NCBI GenBank assembly: GCA_029573015.1
Contig: JAKQHK010000101.1
Span: 1 to 43,487 of the forward strand
Length of the DNA stretch: 43,487 nucleotides
Origin: a bacterium
GTDB lineage: Bacteria; Patescibacteriota; CG2-30-54-11
Direction of reading: 5' to 3'
Shown: positions 18,022-27,389 of the stretch, in pieces
Position numbering within the stretch: position 1 is the stretch's first letter
Layout: every line of letters begins with the position of its first letter
Position numbers and translations under genes: made by a program
Notes under the pieces: model-generated
The model's database searches: none
Seen by the model: the letters and a program-made list of their open reading frames with translations, nothing else
What the model was told of the DNA's origin: nothing

Positions 18022-18454
18022 AATTTCTAATTGATCTAATTTCTAATTGACCTAAACGAGCGGGATGAATAACAATGAGAAAAAATGGAATCTAGAAGAA
18101 AGAACCGCACGATTTGGGGAAGCAATAATTGAACTTTGTAGCAAAGTGCCAAGAAATGAAATCACCAGACCTATCATTACTCAGCTCGTTAAAGCCGGGA
18201 CAAGCGTTGGGGCAAATTACTGTGAAGCAGACGACGCAGAAAGTAAAAATGACTTCAGGCACAAAATTGGAATTTGTAAAAAAGAATCACGGGAATCCAA
18301 GCATTTTCTCAGAATGCTATTAAAAGCTACGTCCTCAATAGAAACAGATATTGCACCTCTCTCCCAAGAAGCCAAAGAATTGAACCTTATCTTCAACACT
18401 ATTTTTCGAAAAGTATCCGATTAGAAATTAGGCCAATTAGGTCAATTAGAATTT
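18022..18454. mobile_element. Candidate IVS-like insertion: four-helix-bundle gene bracketed by inverted AT-rich repeat arms
   Basis: Left arm (aatttctaattgaYct)x2 at 18022-18053. Right arm 18420-18454 is its reverse complement (17/18 and 19/21 local matches). AT-richer than the flanking genes. Confidence 0.6.
18065..18424 (+). CDS. Four helix bundle protein (23S rRNA intervening-sequence protein / bAvd-like family)
   Basis: L.ERT..F...II, QL..AGTSVGANY.EA..AES..DF.HK..I..KE..E motifs. Confidence 0.92.
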   Translation: MNNNEKKWNLEERTARFGEAIIELCSKVPRNEITRPIITQLVKAGTSVGANYCEADDAESKNDFRHKIGICKKESRESKHFLRMLLKATSSIETDIAPLSQEAKELNLIFNTIFRKVSD

Positions 18455-18488
18455 TTCTGTTTGTAAACTTAACGTCAAGAGACACCCC

Positions 18489-19250
18489 ATGGGAAAAGCA
18501 AAATGTGCCTGGTTCGATTTCACCTCCTGCGAAGGCTGCCAGATCGAGATGACCAATTTCGGCGAACCCTTCCTTGAACTGCTCGAACATGTCCAGCCCG
18601 TGGAATTCCGGGAAGCTATGAGCGAAAAAGCTGAAGAAATCGATGTCGCCTTCATCGAGGGTTCTTTCAGCCGCGAAGCAGACCGGGCCCGCCTCGAAGA
18701 CATTCGCAAGCGTGCCAAAATCGTCGTTGCTTATGGTGCCTGCGCCACCTCGGGCGGCATCAATGCCCTGAAAAATCATCAGGATCGGGAAGACTACAAG
18801 GAGTTTGTCTACGGCAAGGACAAGGACATGCCCCATCTCGATACACAGGAAGCCAAACCGATCAGCGCCGCCATCAAGGTTGACTATGAAATCCGTGGCT
18901 GTCCGATCAGCAGAGACGATTTTGTCAATGTTGTCTCCCAGCTCCTGCATGGTACAGAAAAAGTCTATATCCCCTCATATCCGGTTTGTGTGGAATGCAA
19001 GCTACGGGAAACCGTTTGCCAGTATGATCAGGGTGGCCATTGCCTCGGCCAGATTGCTCGGGCTGGCTGCGGCGCTCCCTGCCCGGCTGACGGCATCCCC
19101 TGCGAAGCTTGTCGCGGGCTTATCGACCATCCCAATCTGGAAGCCAGCGTCAAAGTTTTAAAAGAAAAAGGCAAACTGCCAGCCCGATGGGCGGAAAGCA
19201 AGGCACGCATGTTTACCGCTAATTTGCTGCCTGACGCAAAAGCAGATTAA
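18489..19250 (+). CDS. hydD: Group 3b NiFe hydrogenase small (delta) subunit
   Basis: SCEGC, EGS, GACA.SGG, GCP, VC.EC, CLG.....GC.A.CP..G.PC..CRG motifs. Confidence 0.93.
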   Translation: MGKAKCAWFDFTSCEGCQIEMTNFGEPFLELLEHVQPVEFREAMSEKAEEIDVAFIEGSFSREADRARLEDIRKRAKIVVAYGACATSGGINALKNHQDREDYKEFVYGKDKDMPHLDTQEAKPISAAIKVDYEIRGCPISRDDFVNVVSQLLHGTEKVYIPSYPVCVECKLRETVCQYDQGGHCLGQIARAGCGAPCPADGIPCEACRGLIDHPNLEASVKVLKEKGKLPARWAESKARMFTANLLPDAKAD

Positions 19251-19306
19251 ATTCATGTTATTTTCAAATCGACAATTTTCAATTTTCTAATCAAGGTAGT
19301 ACAGCC

Positions 19307-19882
19307 ATGACCTCCATCAAAGGCACCCAGACCGAACAAAATCTGCTTAAATCGTTTGCCGGCGAGTCTCAGGCCCGCATGCGCTACGACTACTTTGCCA
19401 AGCAGGCGCTCAAAGACGGCTACGTCCAGATCTCGAAATTTTTTGATGAAACAGCCCGCAATGAAAAAGAGCATGCCAAACGCTTTTTCAAGTTTCTTGA
19501 GGGCGGCATGCTGGAAATAACTGCCAGCTATCCGGCTGGCCGGATCGGAACGACTGCCGAGAACCTGCTCGCGTCCGCGGATGGTGAAAAAGAAGAATGG
19601 ACTGAGCTCTATCCGGAATTTGCGAAAATTGCGGACGAAGAAGGCTTCAAGGAAATCGCCGTGGTATTCCGGATGATCGCTCGGGCAGAAAAAGCGCACG
19701 AAACCCGCTATCGCAAGCTGTTAGACAATATTGAAAAAAATCACGTTTTTGCCCGCAGTGAGAAGATAGTCTGGAAATGCGACAACTGCGGCTATATACA
19801 TGAGGGTGACACCGCGCCGGATCAGTGCCCTGCCTGCGCGCATCCCCAGGCACACTTTGAACTGTTTGTCGAAAACTACTAA
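19307..19882 (+). CDS. rbr: Rubrerythrin
   Basis: [20 protein letters not shown]...LYP, E..H..RY and C-terminal WKC.NCGY...CP.C.HP motifs. Confidence 0.96.
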   Translation: MTSIKGTQTEQNLLKSFAGESQARMRYDYFAKQALKDGYVQISKFFDETARNEKEHAKRFFKFLEGGMLEITASYPAGRIGTTAENLLASADGEKEEWTELYPEFAKIADEEGFKEIAVVFRMIARAEKAHETRYRKLLDNIEKNHVFARSEKIVWKCDNCGYIHEGDTAPDQCPACAHPQAHFELFVENY

Positions 19883-19970
19883 ACTTCCCCACCTGACACA
19901 ATCTGCTCTGTAGAGAACTCGCTTTATCAACCCGATTTAACACGTGCAGCGCACCTTACCATCATCATCC

Positions 19971-20933
19971 CTACCGGCGACTGGTTTGTATCGTCAAATG
20001 CTTTTCGACGAGCTGTAGCAATGAATCAATCAATTGCTTCTTGTCGATAGCAATTCCATACTCGCGCGCCCGCTGAACCATAGGTTGACTGAGATGCTCG
20101 GCAACGACTCGCTGTGCTGATTGTTGCTCTGCAACCAGCTCAAGCGAAACACGATATTGATCCGGACGAAGACCAAGGCTTCTCTGATATACCTGCCACA
20201 TCCGCTGCAGAGGCTCGCCGGTTAAATAACCAAGCAGCCATTTGCCCGGCTCAGAATTCTCCCGCGATAATGCATCCACGATTTGTTCACTACTCCGTCT
20301 CCTCCGACTGATACCTTCCAACCCTGTTCCCGGATCGTGATCCTGTTGTCGTTGCATCCAATAAGTATATTCCTGTAGTAACCGAATTTTTAACAACGGA
20401 TCGCTATCCCAGCCAGTAACAATAGTGCGGAAAAGCTCGATATCAGCATTATCATTCGATCCTGTTGATATAGCAGCTTCCGGCAATTGATTCAAGACTT
20501 GTAACAGATACTCATGAATTGTCTCTAAAACTGCACCCTCATCTACTGCCTGTGAATGCTCAACTGCCCGCTTGCGAGCAGGAACCCTCATCATCAGAGC
20601 TCCGTCTGCCGCAGCCTGGAGATTTTGCAATCTGACTTCTGTAGCATCAAAATTTCGGCGACTTCGTCTTCGAGCCAATGTGCTAGCCAATTTTTCAAGC
20701 CATTCCTGGTTACGATCTATCCATTCAGATATTCTGTTGTATGAACCTTGAGAGGCGATTTGCTTTTCAACTTGCGCTACCCCGCTGGCGACCATACATA
20801 ATCCATCTAAACTACTGCCTGATTGCTTTTTCAAAACTTGATCAATAGCAGCTATCAGCTGATCTCCATGATTTTCACCATTTTGTTCGTATTCTAATCC
20901 AGGCAGACCCGCGCGGAACTCGGAAAGTGACAT
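19971..20933 (-). CDS. Hypothetical helical protein
   Basis: 320-aa ATG ORF filling the gap between rbr and the large subunit; no recognised motif. Confidence 0.7.
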   Translation of the reverse strand: MSLSEFRAGLPGLEYEQNGENHGDQLIAAIDQVLKKQSGSSLDGLCMVASGVAQVEKQIASQGSYNRISEWIDRNQEWLEKLASTLARRRSRRNFDATEVRLQNLQAAADGALMMRVPARKRAVEHSQAVDEGAVLETIHEYLLQVLNQLPEAAISTGSNDNADIELFRTIVTGWDSDPLLKIRLLQEYTYWMQRQQDHDPGTGLEGISRRRRSSEQIVDALSRENSEPGKWLLGYLTGEPLQRMWQVYQRSLGLRPDQYRVSLELVAEQQSAQRVVAEHLSQPMVQRAREYGIAIDKKQLIDSLLQLVEKHLTIQTSRR

Positions 20934-21056
20934 TGTTAAGCTTTTTTAATATATCTTACCTTTTCTTTATATTGTACGAAATACCATCATAGGTGTCAAA
21001 ATACCTTCTATCAATAATTTAACCTGATACTTACCTAATTAACCGGGAACTAACGT

Positions 21057-22376
21057 ATGTCCAAGAATATCAGTATCGATGTCCACCACCTCACCCGGGT
21101 CGAGGGCCACGGCAATATCGTGGTCGATGTCAAAAACGGCACTGTTGAAAAATGCGAGTGGCAGGTACCCGAAGCGCCCCGCTTTTTTGAAGCCATGATC
21201 CGCGGCCGCCATTATACCGAGGTAGCCCGCATCACCAGCCGCATCTGCGGCATCTGCGCTGTCGGCCACACCCTCGCCTCGCTCAAGGCCACGGAAAACG
21301 CGCTCGGCATACAGATTACCAAGCAAACAGAGCTTTTGCGCCGCATCCTCAAGCATGGAGAAAATGCTGATTCGCACATTTTGCACGTCTACTTCCTGGT
21401 CGCGCCTGATCTGGTCGGCGCACCTTCGGTTTTTCCGCTTGCTGAATCGCATCCTGATGTAGTTAAACGCGCCTTGCGCATGAAAAAAATCACCTGCGAC
21501 TGGGCCAGCCTGATCGGCGGGCGCAGCACCCATCCCACCAAACCGGTGCCGGGAGGTTTTGCCTCAATACCGACGAAAAAAGAACTCGAAGAACTCAAGA
21601 ACAAACTGTTAAACACCTTTGTCCCCGATGCGGTTGAAACCTTCAAGCTCCTCCAGACGCTCGCGCCAAACATTCCTGCCTTCGAACGCCCCACCGAATA
21701 CATCGGTCTGGTAGATGAAGTTGAGTACGGCTTGTACGACGGCCAAATCGGCTCGCTCATGCCGGACGGGACGAAAACCATCTACGAGGTTTCAGAATAC
21801 CGTTCTGTAACCAATGAATGGGTTAGCCCACTATCAACCGCCAAATTTACGAAACACAACCTCGAAAGCTACATGGCTGGAGCCCTTGCACGCATCAATC
21901 TCAACTATAATCAACTGCACCCGGAAGCGAAAAAAATCGCTGAGGGGCTAGGATTCAAAACCCCTGTCTTTAATCCTTACTTCAATTCCGTTGCTCAGTT
22001 CATCGAAGCAGTCCATTCTGCCTATATGACCGTTGGCTTTATCGATGAACTGCTCGCTATAGGACTCAAGGATGAGGAACCAGTCAAGCCGACCAAATAT
22101 AGCAAGGGTGCGGGTGCAACCGAAGTCCCGCGCGGCATTCTCTTCCATGAATACGAGTACGATGACGAAGGTTTCTGCCTGGGTGGCAACTGCATCATCC
22201 CGACCAACCAGAATCATGCCAACATCCAGCAGGATTTCAACAAGCTTGTTCCGGAAATGCTCGCGGCTGACAAATCAGAAGCCGAGATGACCCTTGGTCT
22301 TGAGATGCTCGTCAGAGCCTATGATCCCTGTATCAGCTGCTCCACGCACTATCTGGACATTAAGTTTAAGAAGTAA
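21057..22376 (+). CDS. hydA: Group 3b NiFe hydrogenase large (alpha) subunit
   Basis: TRVEGHG, PRFFE, L1 RICGIC...H, EVPRG.L.H, PT.QN, L2 RAYDPCISCSTH, plus a short cleavable tail. Confidence 0.96.
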   Translation: MSKNISIDVHHLTRVEGHGNIVVDVKNGTVEKCEWQVPEAPRFFEAMIRGRHYTEVARITSRICGICAVGHTLASLKATENALGIQITKQTELLRRILKHGENADSHILHVYFLVAPDLVGAPSVFPLAESHPDVVKRALRMKKITCDWASLIGGRSTHPTKPVPGGFASIPTKKELEELKNKLLNTFVPDAVETFKLLQTLAPNIPAFERPTEYIGLVDEVEYGLYDGQIGSLMPDGTKTIYEVSEYRSVTNEWVSPLSTAKFTKHNLESYMAGALARINLNYNQLHPEAKKIAEGLGFKTPVFNPYFNSVAQFIEAVHSAYMTVGFIDELLAIGLKDEEPVKPTKYSKGAGATEVPRGILFHEYEYDDEGFCLGGNCIIPTNQNHANIQQDFNKLVPEMLAADKSEAEMTLGLEMLVRAYDPCISCSTHYLDIKFKK

Positions 22377-22465
22377 GACAGCTCAGTTAAAATGCGGCGT
22401 CAGTTTGCATGATAATTAGAAATGCCTTATCCCGAGTGTAACGAGAGATCGACAACTATATATTT

Positions 22466-22493
22466 AGCCAGCTCACGATGAGCTGGCTTTTTT
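22466..22493 (+). terminator. Intrinsic terminator
   Basis: agccagctc-acgat-gagctggct followed by a T-tract. Confidence 0.8.
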
Positions 22494-22602
22494 AGTTTAA
22501 TAATCATTGCTATGGTGGGTAAAAAAGAAGTATAATTAAATGATTAACGTCTGATCGAAATCATGCGTTAAGCTTTTTTCTGTAACACAAAGAGGATAAA
22601 AA

Positions 22603-23697
22603 ATGAAAATTAAAATCAAGGAATCAATTTATTCTGATTTTTTTCCATGGTTTAACGCGGCGCTTATTTCGATTGCCTGCATTATTTTTGGCATTTTTTA
22701 TACAACTATTGTCGTAAATACTACCAAGAATAATGTGAAAAAAGAGCTGTCTATCCAAGTCAATACTGCTGCAGCCGCACTCCATCCGGAATATATTGGT
22801 TCCGAAAAGCTACTCGACATGCACTCCCTCGAATACACCACCACCCTCGAACAACTCCGCCGGGTCACGGCAGCGAACCCCAATGTACACTGGTACTATA
22901 TGATGGCGAAACAAGGAGAAAACATCATTTGGACAGTTGATCCTGATACTACTTCTGAACAAACACCCGCGGGAGAAATCTGGGACAATCCCACGGAGGA
23001 TGTATGGGAGATATTTGAAACAGGCGAATCATCAGTAACTGGCCCTGTAACTGATGAATGGGGCACCTGGGTCAGCGCCATGGCTGCCATAAAAAATGCC
23101 CAAGGTGAAATTGTAGGTGTTCTCGGACTGGATGTCGAGGCAAAGGATTGGTACACGCAAATCAATGCTCAAATAAGACGTGCATGTTCTATTTCCTTCT
23201 TGGTCTGGGTCATACTCGAGCTCAGTCTGGTGGCATATTTTGTACGTCTTAAGTATATCAAGCATATCCGGGCGCTCAATGCTGATTTACAGAGAGAGCT
23301 TGAGGATCGAAAAGATATCGAAGAGATGCTCTGGGAAGCGGAAAATCGTTTCAAGGATATTACCCAAAGTTGTGGTGATTGGTGCTGGGAAATTGATAAC
23401 ACTGGCAAATACACCTATGTACTGGGCAATTGTCAGGAAGCGCTCGGTTACACAGCTAAAGAGATGGTTGGAAAAAACGTTACTGATTTCTTTCCTGCAG
23501 AACAGGCTGATCAATTAACCGCAGAACTCAAAGACGGCTTGGAACGACACGCTCCCATCAAGGACTGGAAGAATGCAAAGAAAACCAAGGATGGCCGCAC
23601 CATTACTGTAGTGAGCAATGGTGTCCCAATGATTGATCAAGATGGCTGCGTAGTCGGCTATCGTGGTGTGAGCCGAGTCATTTTAACCAAAAAATAA
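22603..23697 (+). CDS. Membrane sensor: TM, Cache-like domain, TM, PAS; no output domain
   Basis: Two TMs flank a domain with P.TDEWGTWVSA...I....G..VG.LGLD; then E.RF......DW.WE.D..G.YTYV and ..GYRG PAS/PAC motifs, followed by a stop. Confidence 0.85.
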   Translation: MKIKIKESIYSDFFPWFNAALISIACIIFGIFYTTIVVNTTKNNVKKELSIQVNTAAAALHPEYIGSEKLLDMHSLEYTTTLEQLRRVTAANPNVHWYYMMAKQGENIIWTVDPDTTSEQTPAGEIWDNPTEDVWEIFETGESSVTGPVTDEWGTWVSAMAAIKNAQGEIVGVLGLDVEAKDWYTQINAQIRRACSISFLVWVILELSLVAYFVRLKYIKHIRALNADLQRELEDRKDIEEMLWEAENRFKDITQSCGDWCWEIDNTGKYTYVLGNCQEALGYTAKEMVGKNVTDFFPAEQADQLTAELKDGLERHAPIKDWKNAKKTKDGRTITVVSNGVPMIDQDGCVVGYRGVSRVILTKK

Positions 23698-23725
23698 TTG
23701 AGTACTCGTTATGTTCACTCTGGTT

Positions 23726-23754
23726 AAAGCCAGCTCTTCGCGAGCTGGCTTTTT
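23726..23754 (+). terminator. Intrinsic terminator with the same stem as 22466
   Basis: agccagctc-ttcgc-gagctggct followed by a T-tract. Confidence 0.8.
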
Positions 23755-24097
23755 AGATATTTCAATCCGCAGGCACGGCGTTAAGTTGTTTGAGAATTAG
23801 TAATGTCTACCCCTAGCCTGACAAAGGATAAAAAAGGCACCAGACACAGCGGATCCTCCGCCGAGAAACCAGGAAATGAAAAATCAAGTAAACTTAACTA
23901 ATCAAACCAAGAATCCGAATGGCGGAGGATCCACTAGAAGTGTAACCTGTATTTTCAAATATAGCAATACAATTTGAAAAAGCCTCATCACGATGCACAT
24001 TAATGCAGAACGTTTGCCAGCGTAAAAAAAAGGAAGTGACTTCTGAGTAGGATTTGCTGTACGATACCGCTGAATTATCCATTACCCGAGGTCAACG

Positions 24098-24502
24098 ATG
24101 ATCGGTAAACTTCCCGAAAACATCCTGGAAGCGCTGCTGGAAACCATACCTTTGGAATTTTCAGTTGTAGATGCTAAAGATCAGGTTCTCGCCTGGAACA
24201 GGCACACCACCCGTATCTTTAAGCGTCCTGAGGGTGTAGTCGGCAAAAACGTTAAAAATTGCCATCCACCTAAAAGCTTGGACAAAGTCGAAAAAATCCT
24301 CCAGGAAATGAAAGCGGGCACGCGCGACAAGGCAGAATTCTGGATTGATCTGCCGATCGGTCCTGATGGCAGCAGGGAAAAAGTCCTCATCCAGTACTTC
24401 GCACTGCGTGATGCCAACGGTACCTATCTCGGCTGTCTGGAAGCCAGCCAGAACATAGCTACAATCCAGACCCTCCAGGGAGAAAAAAAATTGCTCGATT
24501 AA
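24098..24502 (+). CDS. Stand-alone PAS-domain protein (PAS_10-like)
   Basis: P.EFSVVD..D, RIF.R....G..V.NCHPPKS...V..I, I.YFA.RD..G.YLG.LE..Q motifs. Confidence 0.88.
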   Translation: MIGKLPENILEALLETIPLEFSVVDAKDQVLAWNRHTTRIFKRPEGVVGKNVKNCHPPKSLDKVEKILQEMKAGTRDKAEFWIDLPIGPDGSREKVLIQYFALRDANGTYLGCLEASQNIATIQTLQGEKKLLD

Positions 24503-24559
24503 ATTACCAGAGCAGCAACGTTCTTCGACTTACCCCGTTGAATTGCATCTCAGCTCAAA

Positions 24560-25105
24560 TCATCTTAGCGCACGATGCAGCAGCTTCGGCGGGATATCGT
24601 ATGTCAACCCGGCCTGTACGCGAGCTATCTGTACCCCATCAGGCACCTCCCGATCTACCTGCCAGAGATGAGTTCCGATTTGCGTAAGTGAAGGCTCATT
24701 TCTCCAATCCGTCAGGAGATCACCATTTTTCTCAATGACCGGACTGAGAACCGTCTTGCGGATGATGCGCACATCCGCAGGATGTACCGGCCAGGTCGGC
24801 GGTTCGCTCTGATGCTGCAGGTCAACCAGTAATTCATGCTTGTTTACCGCCAGCTGCAATCCTTCGGTCAGTATTCTTTCAAGTGCAAATGCATCGAATG
24901 GTCCTGTTAATACAATATCCACGTCCCAGGTCGGCCACTTCTGCTGGAGAAAACCGCCACATAGCCAGACATCATACCCATCCAACCCCGAAATAGCGAG
25001 AAAGTCGGTAAACCAGGCAGTAAAAGCCTTCCTGGACGGCCGTTTCCATGGTATGGCTGTCGTAACCGGACCGTTTTTATACCAAAACCCTGTTTTTACT
25101 GACAT
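24560..25105 (-). CDS. Putative Pol-beta-superfamily nucleotidyltransferase-like protein
   Basis: VWLCGGF......TWDVDIVL (hG[GS]..DxD) and a later LLVDL strand carrying a third Asp. Confidence 0.6.
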   Translation of the reverse strand: MSVKTGFWYKNGPVTTAIPWKRPSRKAFTAWFTDFLAISGLDGYDVWLCGGFLQQKWPTWDVDIVLTGPFDAFALERILTEGLQLAVNKHELLVDLQHQSEPPTWPVHPADVRIIRKTVLSPVIEKNGDLLTDWRNEPSLTQIGTHLWQVDREVPDGVQIARVQAGLTYDIPPKLLHRALR

Positions 25106-25539
25106 CAGCTCGCCTCACCGCCTCCGCCGCGTTCTTCAGTATTCTCCTCCTGAATGAGTATCCGCCCCGAACCGCTCGCCGCCCCTCCGCCTCCACGTTC
25201 TATAATAGTGTCCGAAGTATCGGACTTGGTTTCCAGCTGCTTAAACCCAAGCAGCATAAGCAGATAGGCAATGACTGCCACTGTAAAAGCAACATAGGCA
25301 TAGAGCGCGCTCTTTTTTGCTGCTTCTGACGTGTCGGTATCATCTTTAGCTGTTTTGAACTGGTAGAGCGCATAGCCAAGCATGATAAATATCGCTATGC
25401 CAATCGCAACCACGATCCCGAAGTGTAATTCTTTTATCAGCTCGTATGCGCGTGCATCCTGCACCGGTGAATCGATCAGCGGTTGCACGATAGGGCTGAT
25501 AATTGGTCCACTCATCGGACCGGAGAGAAGAGGATCCAT
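25105..25539 (-). CDS. Two-TM hypothetical protein coupled to the NTase-like gene
   Basis: Two hydrophobic helices; AGGAG RBS; the stop overlaps the next start (TGATG); ERGGGG occurs twice in the tail. Confidence 0.7.
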   Translation of the reverse strand: MDPLLSGPMSGPIISPIVQPLIDSPVQDARAYELIKELHFGIVVAIGIAIFIMLGYALYQFKTAKDDTDTSEAAKKSALYAYVAFTVAVIAYLLMLLGFKQLETKSDTSDTIIERGGGGAASGSGRILIQEENTEERGGGGEAS

Positions 25540-25766
25540 GGGAACTCCTGATAAAAAAACTAACAGCAGACTTCATCTCACTACCATACCATAACATAAC
25601 AGCTTTTTAAAGAAAATAACCATAGAAAACCCGCTAACAGCACCACTGCTTCTGTGTTATAGTCAGACTGTAATCTGCATCAGCCGGAGAACCATTTTGG
25701 GCTTACAATATAAGGTCAACTGAACTCCCAATATCTAATATCTTTGTATCGTTATATCGTTCCTCC

Positions 25767-26858
25767 ATGAAACCAAGTTCTTATTTCCGCATTGCCTTAC
25801 AGCAAGCCATGCTTGATCCGCTGGCACTCCCCTCCCTAGTAAACAGGGGAAAGATGCTGCGGCGCATAGTCAAGGCAGGCGAAACCCGACGGGAAGCAGC
25901 GCTGGCCTCGTGCACACATCCCATACCCCGGACCTGCATTTTTTCCATAACCTGGAAATGCAATCTCTCCTGCAAAGGCTGCTACGCCAAGAACTATCAA
26001 CAAGTGGAAGGCCTTGATCAGGAAACGATTACGCGTGTCATTAGGGAAGCAACCGGACTCGGCACCTATCTCTGGATTATTGCCGGAGGGGAACCGCTTA
26101 TGGTCGAAAAAATCATACCCGAACTAGCCAGTATAGAAAATGCTTTTTTCTTCCTGTTCACCAACGGCACCTTGCTCAACACATCCCATCTCGCTCTGCT
26201 CGCTGATACGCCTACGATTCTTCCTGTTATCTCTCTGGAGGGAGACGAGGAACAGACTGACCAGCGCCGTGGCAACACAGTTGGCCGCCAGATCAGACAA
26301 GCCATGGCACGCTTGAAAAAAGCCCGCATACCGTTTGGCTTCTCGGTCATGGTCACGCATGCCAATGTGAAATCAGTCACCTCGCGTGCCTGGTTCGATA
26401 CCATGTGGCATGCCGGCGCACGCTTCGGATTCTGTATTGACTATATACCCTTTGCCCATGACCTCAATCCGGAATATGTCCTGACTGATGCTGATCGCGC
26501 CTACAAAAATCGGGCGTTAGCAGAACGGAAAAGAGAAGCCCGACCCCTGATTTTCAACCTGCCACCCGATGAATACGCGCAGGGAGGCTGCGCCTCAGCC
26601 GGCAAGGGCTTCATGCATATCAATGCAGACGGCTATGTAGAGCCCTGTCCGTTTACCCACTACGCCCGGGACAATATCAGGGATAAAACTATCCAGGAAG
26701 TGCTCGATTCACCTTTTTTCCACGCTATCCGCCGCGACATGCACCATCTGCCCAACCCCAAAGACGAATGTCTGCTCTATGCCCATCTAGTGGAGGTGCA
26801 ACGCCTTGCCCGGGAAACCGGTGCCCGCTCCACAGAAACAAAACAGGATCAAAGCTGA
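25767..26858 (+). CDS. Radical SAM protein with SPASM/twitch domain
   Basis: CNLSCKGCYA, GGEP, FTNGT, ISLEG and GC.SAG.GF.HINA.G.VEPCPF motifs. Confidence 0.92.
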   Translation: MKPSSYFRIALQQAMLDPLALPSLVNRGKMLRRIVKAGETRREAALASCTHPIPRTCIFSITWKCNLSCKGCYAKNYQQVEGLDQETITRVIREATGLGTYLWIIAGGEPLMVEKIIPELASIENAFFFLFTNGTLLNTSHLALLADTPTILPVISLEGDEEQTDQRRGNTVGRQIRQAMARLKKARIPFGFSVMVTHANVKSVTSRAWFDTMWHAGARFGFCIDYIPFAHDLNPEYVLTDADRAYKNRALAERKREARPLIFNLPPDEYAQGGCASAGKGFMHINADGYVEPCPFTHYARDNIRDKTIQEVLDSPFFHAIRRDMHHLPNPKDECLLYAHLVEVQRLARETGARSTETKQDQS

Positions 26859-27250
26859 GGCCAGCCGGCGCGAAATCTGGCAATGCCCTCCTGCAAGGCC
26901 CGGGACAACCGTTCGCATTTTCTAATATCAAGATCTTCTGTCCGGGTGTTCATCAGTGTTATGATCTGGTCTGCAATGACTGACAGGTCAACCAATGTAT
27001 TCAGTCCTGACTCCAAAGCACGGTCATGCCTGCCGAGAATCTCAAGTTTGCTGCGTAGCCCCTGGATTATATCCTGGGCATGCAGGGCACAGGCTTTGAC
27101 CTGCTGGCGGAAAGCGCGTTCCCGGCGTCTGGGTTCCCCACTGAGATAACAGAATACTGCCAAACAGACAACAGCGAGCAGCAGCAAGATACCTCCTTCG
27201 GTCTGCCCGTAAGCACGGGAAGAGGAAGCAAACAACTTAACCGCATACAT
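26849..27250 (-). CDS. Hypothetical protein with N-terminal TM and helical region (start uncertain)
   Basis: ORF fills the intergenic gap; hydrophobic stretch ILLLLAVVCLAVFCYL. Confidence 0.45.
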   Translation of the reverse strand: MYAVKLFASSSRAYGQTEGGILLLLAVVCLAVFCYLSGEPRRRERAFRQQVKACALHAQDIIQGLRSKLEILGRHDRALESGLNTLVDLSVIADQIITLMNTRTEDLDIRKCERLSRALQEGIARFRAGWPQL

Positions 27251-27389
27251 CTGTACTGGCCATCCCAAAAGAATATCTGACACCCAAAACCCTTTTTGAT
27301 AGCTTAACCTCAAAACAATATGCAATAATTGCATATACCCTAGATAAATAGTATATTCCTAATATCTTATCATGGTCAATGAGTAATTT

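Noticed and set aside
18065-18424. Diversity-generating retroelement (Avd-like gene)
   Set aside because: No reverse transcriptase and no TR/VR pair with adenine-specific mismatches seen in the window.
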